A stretch of DNA of 64,000 nucleotides, taken from positions 5,270,001 through 5,334,000 of the forward strand of contig CP158635.1 in NCBI GenBank assembly GCA_050273025.1, written 5' to 3'. Every line of letters begins with the position of its first letter. Position 1 is the first letter of the stretch. The notes beneath the pieces were generated by a model. The model was not told the DNA's origin. It saw nothing but the letters and a program-made list of their open reading frames with translations, and searched no databases. The DNA is from Cenococcum geophilum. Its lineage: Eukaryota. Of the stretch, positions 15,001 to 27,100 are shown piece by piece. Position numbers and translations under genes: made by a program.

Positions 15001-17104
15001 TCTTTTATCTTATTATAAGAATCTTAAGCCTTTAGCCTTTTGCCTTTATTAAGTGGTAAGCTAGCACTAGCAGTCGTCTGCTTGCTTAATCATCTTTAGA
15101 TATTACTTCTTCCGTTTTATAAAGTAATGGATGCCGTATCTAACGGTGTTATAATACCTGTTACTAAACCTTACTCTATGGCGGTCTTAGTCTCTACTTC
15201 TATTGCGTTATTAAGGTTTAGATACCCCTAGTTGGTTCCTTTACTATCCTTATCGCTATTAATTAATAAATACTCTAACTCCATTGTTATTATTACTAGT
15301 CTTTATCCGCATGTTACTATAATATCTTAATCTAGCTTATAGAGTTAATCTTATTCTTTATCTAACTCTATAGTTCCTTTAAGTCCTCTTAACTCTGGCT
15401 CTTATGGCCAATAGCTTACACCATACTTAGCGTCTTTATAAATTTGGTATACGTTATTATAACAAAACGTAAAACTCCTAATTAAACATTCTTTTATTCC
15501 TTATAGTATACTATTATCCCTTTGTACGTATATATCTTCTACTATTAGTCTAGTTCCCTTTATTATATGGTAACTCTGACTATCTTTATAATCCCTTATA
15601 AAGTAACCCTTTTTTCCGCAATTTATGCAAGCTCTATTTTTAAACCATTGCTTTTGTTATGGAGTTCGCTTAAACGTCTTCTGCTAATAAGATCCTTGGT
15701 TTAGCCTATACTCCTTAGTCCTATAATTACTAGATCCTTAACCTCTAGGTTTTTATAGTTATTTTCCCTATCTCTTATAGGTTTTTTTGGTACCACTTAG
15801 GTCTATTAGCTCTGCGCTATACTATAGTTTCTAACTTAGCTTTAGTTGTTGTGTACTTTACGTCTTATATAACTATAAAACTCTATCCTAGCTCTTTTTA
15901 GCCTATTCCCTTTAGAAGATCCTATTATTAATCTTAATCGCTTAATCTATTAATTCCCTTAAGGTGTCCGCATCTTCCATTAGAATAATTACGTCCTAGA
16001 TTTTAGCCTTAAGTCCTTATTTATACTATGCTATAAGCGCCCTATTATTCCACTTAACTTATATTACTAATGTTTGAAACTACGTTGTGTACTTAATTGC
16101 TAAGGTTCGTTATATAATGTCTTAGAGTTTTCTTTCCGCCGTGGTTACTACCTTTAGGTCTCTAAATATTTATATAAGTCATTCTACGAATCCGTTCTAG
16201 CTTAAAAATATAAACCATACCTCTTAGTTCGTAGTTGTTATTCCGTTTACTTATATCTCTATAAGGTAAGGCTTAAACTATTTAAGTGCTCTTCCTATTA
16301 AGAATAACCCTATATACGCTATTTAATCCATAGGTGTTACTAGCTTTGCTCCCTCTTACGCAACTTTAAAATGCATTTACGTAAGGAATCCTTTAAGCTT
16401 TAATCTCTCTCCTAAGAATCTTTTAATTGATAGTAACTTAACCTTTACTACGCCTATCCCATTAATCCTTTACTTAAGTATTGCATTGTTCTCTATTAAC
16501 TGGTTAACTATTTCTTATAATTATCCTACCGTCACAGGTTGTTGCGAGTTAGTGTCCGCTATACTAGTGTTACCCCCTAACCTTAACGTAGTTGCCGCCG
16601 TTAATAGCGTTATAGTGGCTGCTTTTAGTGGCATGTTATTTAACTTCTGTGTTTAATACCGTAACTAGGTAGTAATTATATAATGGAACCTTGTAGTAGG
16701 AACTATAATGGGTTCTGTTAATAGGCTAGGTATATAGGAAATGCAAAAATAGTAGTTAACAACGTAATAATAACTGGTGGAGTAGTTACCTAATAGATTA
16801 ACTCTAATTGTATTCTAAGAATTACTATAAGAAAGGAACTATCTAGGTAGGGACTAAGGGTCCTTAAATACACAACCGTACTCCTATGAAATCCTTCTTA
16901 TACGTGATATACGTCTTATACGTAAGGTATATAAGTTCCTCTCGTCCCTCTTGTTTAATACATAGCATGTCATATAACCTCGGTTACCATTCCTCGTCAC
17001 ATAGTTCTACCGGTTCTATCCTAGACCGTGCCTAAATTAACCAACTAGCTTCTTCCGACTCCTCTCCTAGTAGTCGTAACATCGTACTTAAAGCGTCCGT
17101 AATA
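9074..17104 (-). mobile_element. Ty3/Gypsy chromovirus copy B, inserted in the 3' LTR of copy A
   Basis: 426-bp LTRs at 9074-9499 and 16679-17104. TSD CGTAG (9069-9073) / CGCAG (17105-17109), differing by one C>T. Gag ATG at 16634. Internal sequence is collinear with copy A in reverse. Confidence 0.95.
9608..10290 (+). pseudogene. Antisense Zn(II)2Cys6-like/coiled-coil ORF of Gypsy B
   Basis: Reads (I/M)PKAISSLYAQRRARTI...PSPCSYYAKEGLVYIMLASPSL**LFFCLKCIKVNICLSYNV, then a probable intron, then ...LLRLKKVCKKVRFKE*KLIE*GL*EL. End approximate. Confidence 0.65.
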
Positions 17105-17899
17105 CGCAGTATATAAGAGGAATGTACGTATAACACGTATAACACGTACATTATATATAAGAAGGATTTTATAGGAGTACGGTTATATATTTAAGGACCC
17201 TTAATCCCTACCTAAATAGTTCCTTCCTTATAGTAATTCTTAGAATATAATTAGAGTTAATCTGTTGGGCAACCACTCTACCAGTTATTATTACGTTGTT
17301 AACTTTAATTTGCATTACCTATACACCTAGCCCAATAACGAGCCCACCGTAGTACTTGCTACAAGGTTTTATTATAGGGGAGGGCGCGTTAGTATATAGA
17401 CTACGTAGTCTACCTTAATAGAATTAATAGTTACCATTATCTAAAAGAGCATACGATACTATATGTATTTCGTGCCCCTAGATATAACTTACTTATATTA
17501 TTAAGTTAATACAAACACTAATTAGTAAGCGCGCACAGATTAGCAATTACTTAATACCTCCCCTAAGCGATATATAACAGCGACCACCTATTTATATCCT
17601 AGTACGACCTGCTAAAAGGTTAGAAGTTAGGGATTACGGACTATTACTAACTCTATATACTTATTTAAGTCTTAGTACGGTTTACTAAAAGTTTATAAAC
17701 GTAAATACAAACCTTTACAGCACCTTTTACTCTCCTACAAACTATTAGAGACCTATTAATCGCCTTTATAAACTATTATAAGACCTTTTAAACTATTACA
17801 GACCCGTTAATTAATTTTACGGACCGTTATAAGACCTCCTCCACCCGCTATAAGCTACTACTACCCGTTACAGCTTATATAGATATACTACGCTATATA

Positions 17900-20800
17900 A
17901 TATAGCAGATATAAGTAAGCAAATTAATGAAGGTTAAAAGAAATAGAGTTAGGGAGTTGACCTTACGTCTGTAAACGGCGTTAATAACTATATTAATTTT
18001 AAAATCCTTAAATATGGATACTTTAAGCTTCTAAATGATGATCTATAGGAATAATATAAGGAAGACTTTACGGACTTTATAAAAGCTATCTTTAAGGCTT
18101 GCAACCTTATAGCTACCTATAACCTATAAACCCTCTTATATTACTAAGGTATATAAATTAAAAAGGATAAATAAGTTACTATTACACGGTCTCTGTATAA
18201 TATATTGCATAAGGAGGACTAAACGGAATAGACTAAAGAGTAGATCCTAAATCACATTAAAACTAATAAACTCTTTACCTCTTTTAAACTTAATAGGATT
18301 TCTAGTCTTATAGATAACCTATTTAACTAAATTCGTCTTATAGACTAAAGAGATCTTAGAATTAATTTTATGGGCTAAAGTATACCTAGTACTTAAGTTA
18401 CGGACTATAATACCCCCGTAAACCAAAATACGGACTAAAACCCTTCCGTTGCTTAAGTTATAGATCTATAAACCACCTAAGTAAAGACCTATAGTAAGGA
18501 GCTAGCTAAGCTCTATACTAACAAATCTAAATATAGTGGTAAAAACGATAACTTTAACTTTAAACTAACTATCTTTACGGACCTCTATTAGAAGGCCAAT
18601 ATTCCTAAATAGGAGTTTAGCTAAGCCTACTTTACTATACTACGCGGCCTAGCCCTTAACTACTATTATACTAACCTTAAGAGTAACCCCCTTAGTGTTC
18701 CCTTTAATAAGCTATATAAAGCTATACGCAACTACTTTAAAGGGCTAGAATATAAGTGTGATATCCTTATATAATAAAATGCGATTAAGTTATAGACCGT
18801 AATTAATAAGAATACCAAAAAATTGACTATAGAGTGCCTATAAATTCTTATTAAAGACCTCTGGTATTTATTATTTAATCTATTTAACGTCCGATGCGGT
18901 CCCTATCTAGGTCCATGCAGATAAGTGCCGTTTTGGTTAAGTATAAAAAACCTCTAAGGGAGACGTAAGTGGTAATACAGCATATACCCCTCTAGGTAGC
19001 ATACCCGTAGTACATTAACGGGGGGGAAAATACCGTTAGGTTGCTGTTCTGAGACTTAGTCTCTAATTGCCTATCTTGCCCTATCTGCCGTTTGTACTAT
19101 GCTTCCGTAATTTTATAAATTGTCATAAGATTGCCATAAAGTTGCCGTATGCCTACCCTTTCCGCCCTATATACGTATACACTTCGCCTATGGTCCTCCT
19201 GCTTGCAGCATAAATCCAGTCCTATATAACCTTCCACCCTAAAGAAACAGCGGGATAAACTAGGTGTCTTATCCTAGGGCCCCAACCTAGGTCCCCTACT
19301 GTATCTCCCAGCTAAAAGATATATAGAGGAAGACGAAATACCGAATACCATACGTTTGGTAAATCCAGGCTAAACGGGTAGGGTGGTATGTAAGGCAGGT
19401 GGTTAAGAGGCTCATCACAGACCTCCCACCTACGAGGTGTATCGTTTGATTGCGCGTATATGGTTATACCGTATAGGAGGAAGGGGTTCGCTGGATATAA
19501 TGTAGGTTGCCGTGGTTCGATAGCTTAAAACGTATGTTGAGACGTAGTAGCTGTGTTCTTAAGTCTCCGTTGGGGCTCACCCTCCCAGCAAGAAAATTTT
19601 TCCCGTCGCCACCACGTCGCAGCGCCCGCGATGCACTGCCGTACGTACGTCTCTGCGTTCGCTCTAACAGTCTATTGGCACGATCCTGATGGAACACCAA
19701 TGGTACTGCTAGGTTCCCGGGCTCCACCGCGTGGAGGTACAGAGTCCGATTTCTTGGAGCCCGACCTCTGGTATTTATAGTACGGCCTTAATATTAAGCT
19801 TTAAATAGACGACTTTTTGTATAATAAACTTATTATAGCTTACTAGGAAGTGGAACCCTATAAATACGCCTATTATAAGCCCGTAGATACCTTAACTAGC
19901 TTTATTAATAATTTACGGTCCTCTATTATAATATACAAAGTTTTAAACCTGCTAGGTAGTACTTAAGCCTTTATTACAGACCTATAAAATTTATAAACTA
20001 ACTTAGATACCTACTTTACGGACCGCCGCTACCGCTAGCAGTACCTATACCAACTAAGTCCTACCTGTAACCCCTATAGCAACTCCCGTATAAAAGTATA
20101 CCCCTATAGATAAATTAGCCAGAAGTGCTTTATATATGGTAAAGAAGGATATTAGTTTATAAGGTATACCTAGGAAGAACGTAATAAGTCTAAGAAGAGA
20201 TTTAATAGCTAGATTAACTAATTTATCTTAAACTACAAAGGAAAGGAAGTAGAGGAGTCTCTTAATAAGTTAATGGAAGCCCTTATAATTAATTTTAACT
20301 TAAATATATAGGAACAGGAGACCTTAAAGATGTTCTTAACTACTTTTAAACCTTTTATAGATAGCTAAGCCTTTAATATTACAACCGTATTAGCCGACTA
20401 CTCCTTTATACACTTAATCGCACCTAAAAACCAACCTATAGGTATACCCGTTAGACCCGTTATAGATATTATAGACCGTAAATAGGACCTATTTGCATAT
20501 ATTACTATAGAACGCTATACCCCTAAAGAATTTTATAGTGTTATAATTAATATAGGTGCCTTTAAGAAGTCTATTGTAGGTTATAGATAATACCTTATAT
20601 ATAAGACTACTATAAATAATAATACGGATATTAATACTATGTAAACTGGGGCCGTAAACGTCTAATTTAGCATTAGCTTAACCGCATTAATTAGATTAGT
20701 TGCAGTTAAGACTCCAATTAGCCTAGTTAACTTCCGTATAGTAAAAGCGGATACCCTTTTTCTACTTTACCTTATAGATATAGATAGGTTATAGGTTTAC

Positions 20801-23525
20801 TATAATAATATTATAGACATCTTAATTGGCCCTATAACTGCCCTAGGAAGTAAGTATATTACCCTACTAATTATATAATAATTTAGACACTCGTTCCTTA
20901 TATAGGGAGAGACTTTATAGACCTATATTTAGGAATCTTTTAACTATAACCTATGCTACCTTACTAGTACTAAAATCTACTACCTATACCGCCGTTTCGG
21001 CTACCTATTAGCCGAAAAGCTATATAGAGTCCTTAAACACTCTAAATATAACGACGTTAATAAGAAGGTAATTAACCACCTAACTAAATACTATTCCTTT
21101 TACTAGAAATACGGATATTCCCTAGGCCGATTTAAGTTTACTCTCTATAAGGATCTTAATTTTAACTACTTAGTATACGTAAATATTATATACATTAACA
21201 GTAGCCTAGTATTATATATAATTAACAAGACAACCCACTATTAAGCCGCCCGTTAGTTGTAAAATATATCTATAAAATACACTTAGGTTATTTTATAGAC
21301 CTACTGGATTAATATATACGTTAAACCCCCTAAGTATATTACCTATAACACTAGTAAAAACTTTATTAGTAAAGAATTCCAATAGTACGCTATAGCTATA
21401 GCTATTTTAATAAAAGCCATTCTAGTTAAGGTATACTAGTTTGTTAGGCTTATTAAGCGAGCTTACCTAGCTCTATAAAGAGCTTACTAAATTATTATAG
21501 ACGAGTATAAGAATATCTAAAAGGAACTAGCTTTATAAATGGCCGTAAAAGCCGTTAATAACACTACTATCCCTAACGGACTAGTACCTACCCTCTTAGT
21601 TTATAGAGCCTACCTAAAGATAGGCAAACTGGACCCTCCTACCCCATCTATTATAAATTAAGTAGCTATAATACGGAAGGTAATAGCCGAAATAGTTAAG
21701 TTATAGGCTAAATAAACTATTAATAGCGCTTTATACTACCGTAACGGACCTAATACAACTTTAGTATATAACCTCCCGCTTAACTCTAAAGTCCTTATAT
21801 AGTATAAGAGCGGCAATTAAACTAGACCTTATTATTTACTAGCTATAAAAGACGAAATATACTATATATAACTCTCTATCAGATTAACTAGCTTTAGAAG
21901 CACGTTTATAAACCCCTATTTTTAGTCTAAAAATACCTATAACGTTAAACTAAATAAACTAGAAACACCCTTACCTACTATAGGAAACCCCTTTTACGGA
22001 TTTATAACGTAAAGAGATTAACAGACTATTTAAAAAGGGCATCTTTATAGTTATAATAGAGAGAGACGTTTTATAAGGCGTCCGTATATTTAACTTACAC
22101 TTTATTAATAAGATTAAGCACCCTAGTACTAATAAATCCTTTAAGAAATTAAGGCTTATTATATAAGCTTATAACAACTAAGAAAAGGACTTAGTCCTTA
22201 TATAATTACCTATAATTTAATGAGTTAGTTAATAGATTATACTTATACTTATATTTGGACTATAGTAAACTAAACCTATAGCCCTTTACTTATAGAATAT
22301 TTTGTAAGCCTATATATAGTCTAATATCTACCTAAGTAGAGACATCTATATATAACTACCCTTTAAGCTTAATTTGTAACTAAAAACAAATTTATAGGTT
22401 ATAAAACCCCTTTACAAAGTGCCGGAAGCTAGAAACCACTAATTTAAGATATATTACTAGCATTACATTTGTAAACTTAAGATGGAGCAGTTAATATATA
22501 ACCCCTACCTCCTATATACCCTATTAAATAACCTTAGTATTATTAAACTCTAAATAGATAATACCCTCTTCTTAGCGGACCAAACTTTTGTAAACACTAA
22601 AAAAACTAAACTATAAAAAGCTAAGTTCCTAGTAAAGCTATAAGAGCAGTTAACTAAGTAGACTCCAATTAAGTTTAATAGAGGTTTAATTATATAAAAG
22701 GGCAACTTAATTTAGCTAACCTAAAAACGCCAAGCTTAAAACCTAAGGCTTATTATAGTAAAGCCCACGGACCTTACTAGTTCCTATAAAGAGACCCATA
22801 AAACTATAAATATAAAGGACTAATACGTTATATAGCGTGTAAAAGGCGCCTATATTGCTATAATCTGTTAACCTAAATCTGCTTATAATTTATCCTTTAC
22901 GGCCTAGGTAACAGATCTATAAGAGGAAAATATTAAGCAGCTTAATAAGCGTATTTAGTGGCAAATTAATAATATAATAAGAGGACTTACTTTTATACCA
23001 CTAGACCTAAATTCCCTTAATATACTAGTATTTACGGACGCCTCCTTTATCAATAATAAAAACCTATTATTATAAATTGGCTTTATAATTATACTTACGG
23101 ACCGTAATTAGGACGTAAATATACTATATTAGTTTTTAATTAAATGCAAACAAGTAACCCGTAGTGTATTAGCTTCTAAGCTATATATACTAGCCTATAG
23201 CTTTAATATAAGAGCCGTAATTAAGTTAATAATCTAGAAGATCCTATAATTGGAACAATTACCCCTAGTTCTATGTACCGATTTAAAGTCCCTTTATAAC
23301 TATATAGTTAAACTAGGTATAATATAAAAGAAGAGGCTTATAGTCGACCTAATATGCTTATATTAGGCCTATAAACAACATAAGATTATAGAGGTTAAAT
23401 ATATTAACAGTGGAAATAACTTAGTAAACGCTATAACTAAGGCAAAGCCGTACCAAGCTTTTAAAACCCTAATTAATATAAATAAACTTAATCTAAAGGT
23501 TATAGAATAGGTGGAACGAGACTAA
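17900..23525 (+). pseudogene. Copia C gag-pol, many RIP stops, interrupted at 18871-19762
   Basis: KCFIYGKEGY*FIRY knuckle (C-x2-C-x4-C-x4-H after RIP reversion, ~20120), integrase HHCC remnant (LYRRFGYL), RNase H remnants VFTDASF and LVNAITK. Ends approximate. Confidence 0.85.
18871..19762 (-). mobile_element. Non-LTR retroposon (SINE-like, or a 5'-truncated LINE 3' end), ~0.89 kb
   Basis: 15-16-bp TSD GACCTCTGGTATTTA(T) at 18856 and 19763. The minus-strand 3' end ...ggacgttaaatagattaaataa is A-rich. Higher GC than its flanks. I recognised no RT or endonuclease in the minus-strand frames. Orientation is inferred from the tail. Confidence 0.75.
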
Positions 23526-24104
23526 CGGAGCACTTACGGTTTATTTACAGCCTATCGGAAGGCCGTATAGTTCATTTATAGTCCGTTAGAAGGCCGTAAG
23601 TAGGACTTACGGCCAGCTTAAAGCACCGTTTAGAAGGCAGCCTAAAAGGCACCTTAGGAGGGATTTCCTATATATTTCTTTTGTATTTTATAGTTCTAAT
23701 AAGGCAATTACGGAGGCTATATATAAGTGGGTCTATCTTTAAGTGCCGCTAGTATATAATTATAGCACCTAGTATACCAAACGCATGTCTACGCGTTTAG
23801 TATACTAACTACCTATTTATAAAGTACTGACTAATTAAGGGGAGGGCGCGTTAATATATAGACTACGTAGTCTACCTTAATAGAATTAACAGTTACTATT
23901 ATCTAAAAGAGCATACGATACTATACGTATTTCGTGCCCCTGAATATAACACACTTGTATTATTAAGTTAATACAAACATTATCCTTAGCCTTAGTAGCT
24001 ATTACCTAGTAGAAAAGAATTAGCTAAGGGAATATTAAGAGTATTATATAATATATCAATGCGGTTTATATTATACCCTTAAGAATATTAACTAATTTTA
24101 GAAC

Positions 24105-27100
24105 TGTTAGTTTTATAAGGTGATATTACATAGCTACGGTTTATAGATAGTATAATGATTGTTATTCTTATCTCTTTATAAGGGAGGGCGAGGAGCTTAA
24201 GGCTCCTCGCCACGCTAGTGCCGCGGCGACACGTAACGGCAACTTGCCGCACGTAACGGCAACTTGCCATATATAACGGCAATATGCCTCATATAGTAAC
24301 CACTTGCCTTTATTCCCAACACTAGCAACTTTTCTTTTGTGGTTGCTATCTATATATATACCGCTTAACTAGCGGAACAAATATTAATCCTCCTTACTTA
24401 CTATTGCTATTATAATATAAGTCTCGCTGTCCTAAAATTTGCCTCTTAGCATGTGGTGCTTTCTTGCTTATAAGTTATGGGTAGGTATCTTGTTAGTAGG
24501 GCCGCTAAGGCGCTAGCGGTAAGCGAGCTAATAGTAATTTTCTATCCTAGGGATAGAAAATCCTAATTAGCTAGTTTAAGTTAGGGTCTGTAGAATGTTA
24601 TACTCCTACTCCCTTTTAACCTAACCTTTAACTTATACGCGTAGAGTATTTATGTTAATAAATATCTCTAGTGCCTTATTTAGGTTTGCCTTTATTATCG
24701 CATCTACTAGGTTATTTTAGCTATTAATCTATTAAATCTTAAAGAGTTCTTAACGCTTATAGGATTGCTAAAGTACTATAATATTGATTATAAGGCGCTT
24801 CTCCTTTGTAGTACTAAGCTTAACTAAATACTTATAGAGGGAATATAAGTTAGTGCATACGATTATAGGGATAATAGGAAGTTTAAGTTAATCTATAATT
24901 ATCTTTAAGGTAGTTCTAATTGCAATTACTATATTAACTCCGCTAACTATTCTATATATCTCTAACGCTAGAACGCTTTAAGTGATATACTTGCTCTTAG
25001 TTAAGCTCTAATAGATAAGGTTGCTATAGATTATAAAGTTATTCTCTCTAGTAGATTTGTTCGCGATAATAATTTTATATCCTAACTAGGAGCTAAAATC
25101 TTTGTTATTTATAAACGATCTATTAATAAATATAAAGAGCTTAGTAATAGGAAGATTAATAGGTATATAGAGTAGTCCCCAATCGAGATGGTTTATTTAC
25201 TAAAAAAGACGCTTATTTAGGGTAAGAATATTATCCTTAGTTAGTTTCTAGTGTTAAGCGGCAATAAAGAGATTAAATAAAGCCTTAGGTTAATAGATAG
25301 AAGTAATATAAGCTCCGTAAGTACGTTACTCTATGTATCCTTACTTTAAAGAATTAACGTTAATAACGTTAATCTTCTTGCCTTAACCCTTCTGGCGTAA
25401 GGCAATAGAATCTTTATTTAGGGAGAGGATGCATTTATTAAAGAGTAATAGTGTTATTAAATTAAGCTTTTCTTTTAGCTTTACTATAAGATTTGCCTTT
25501 ACTAGCTTATCTTCTTTAAGAGCTAAGAATTGGTCGTCTCTTAAGATAATTATATTATTAGTTTGCATGCTGATGATTCTAAATGGAGTTCCTATAGTTA
25601 TAATAAGGAAGTAGGGGTCGAATGTAGAAGTAGTTATTAAAAGCTTCTCTTTGTAGTGCTTACTATAGGTAGCCTACTAATAGGTCCCTACCTCTGTAAT
25701 TCTATATAATGGCTTAAGCACAACTATAATTGTATCTTTAGGATATTAGTAGCGAATTTACTCTAGAAGGTATGCTAATATTAAGCGCTAAAGGTACGTC
25801 TCTAATTAGGTATAGGCCTAAGTAATATCTCGCAAATAGACCGCTATTCTATTCTTTATTAGGGAGGGAGCTAGTGCAATAATAACTCACTAACTAGCTC
25901 GTTAAATTATAGGAGATTGCGTAAAAATTATCTCCTTGCTATTGTTGTTATAGCCTTAAATAATAAGCCTTAATTTCTTAAATAGGGCATTAGTAGCTTT
26001 GCCCTTAATCTTATTAACTATCCTTAACTTAAAGATGCGAACTTTATTAAACTTAGTAGGGTTATACTTCTTAAATTTAAAGACTCCTTTTATAATAAGA
26101 CTATCGATCTCCTGCTTATTGGATGCTTAGAAAGGAGCTCTAGGAGTTATAATATAACTTTCCTTTTAGAGCTGTTTTGCGAGCTTAAAGTTAGCCTTCT
26201 CCTTAGCTATTATAAAGGCCATTAATAGCTTAACTCTATTCTTAATAGCGGCAATAAATTACTCTTTAAAATTAATAAGATATTGGCGATTTTATAATCC
26301 CCTTAGGCGACCTCTACCGCGTTATAGTTGCGGCGTATCTACTATAATTATATTAGAATTATGGTTGCCTTCTAGAGCACGTTAATTATGGCTCTCCTTT
26401 AAGGCATTTTCTGTGGCATCCTATAAAGGCTCGGAACTGTTATCTTTATAATAAGGCTTAATAACAGTTAAATGGAATTAAGTGGGTTTATAAGGCATCT
26501 AAATAGTATAAGTCTAACTATCTATTATAATAAGTTAATGTAGGCCTAACTATTCTCCCTTTTTACGCTATACGCGTACCTTAGACTGGAGTGGCAGATT
26601 AAGCGTAGTTAAGGTATTTAGGCCATTTCTTATTTCTAGTGCGTTGTTGACCTAGCGTATAGCGTAGAGACGTTATACCTCCTTAGTTGCCTTATAAATA
26701 GCCTTAGCTTATTACACAACGGAGGGAGATAGTAGAGAATTATTAGTTATTTAAGGGTAGGCGCTAAAGACTAGTGACGTGGATATAAGTCTATCTAAGC
26801 CAGCGGAATTGCTAATGGCTTTAATAGCTATTTATAAGGTAAGTTCTTCGCTAGCGTCCTCTAGTTCTAAAGAGATAATCTTATATACGCGGCGTAATGG
26901 CGCGTAATATCGCTCTACTTTTTTAATACTATTATATGCCTTAATAGGGACTTCCTTAACCTTAATTGCCATTGCCTTTATCTGTTGTTAAAACTCTATA
27001 GATAAGAAGTTCTTTCCTATATTATAAACGATTTAATTAGGGGGTCTTAGGTAGATATTAATCTAGCATAATTATAGAGTATCCTATACGTTCCTAGCTA

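Larger units (their letters stand above)
1607..17376 (+). mobile_element. Ty3/Gypsy chromovirus copy A, inserted in the 5' LTR of Copia C
   Basis: 423-bp LTRs: 1607-2029 (TG...CA) and 8918-9073 + 17110-17376 (split by copy B). TSD GGGGA at 1602-1606 and 17377-17381. PPT aaagaggagggagatag at 8901-8917. Confidence 0.95.
1516..23979 (+). mobile_element. Copia (GalEa-like) LTR retrotransposon C, RIP-degraded
   Basis: 227-bp LTRs: 5' LTR 1516-1606 + 17382-17517 (split by Gypsy A), 3' LTR 23753-23979. TSD TTATC at 1511-1515 and 23980-23984. Domain order gag, protease (IDTGA-like ~20545), integrase (~21000-21600), RT (QTDD-like ~22550), RNase H. Palindrome ACTAATTAGT at the 5' LTR end. Confidence 0.93.
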
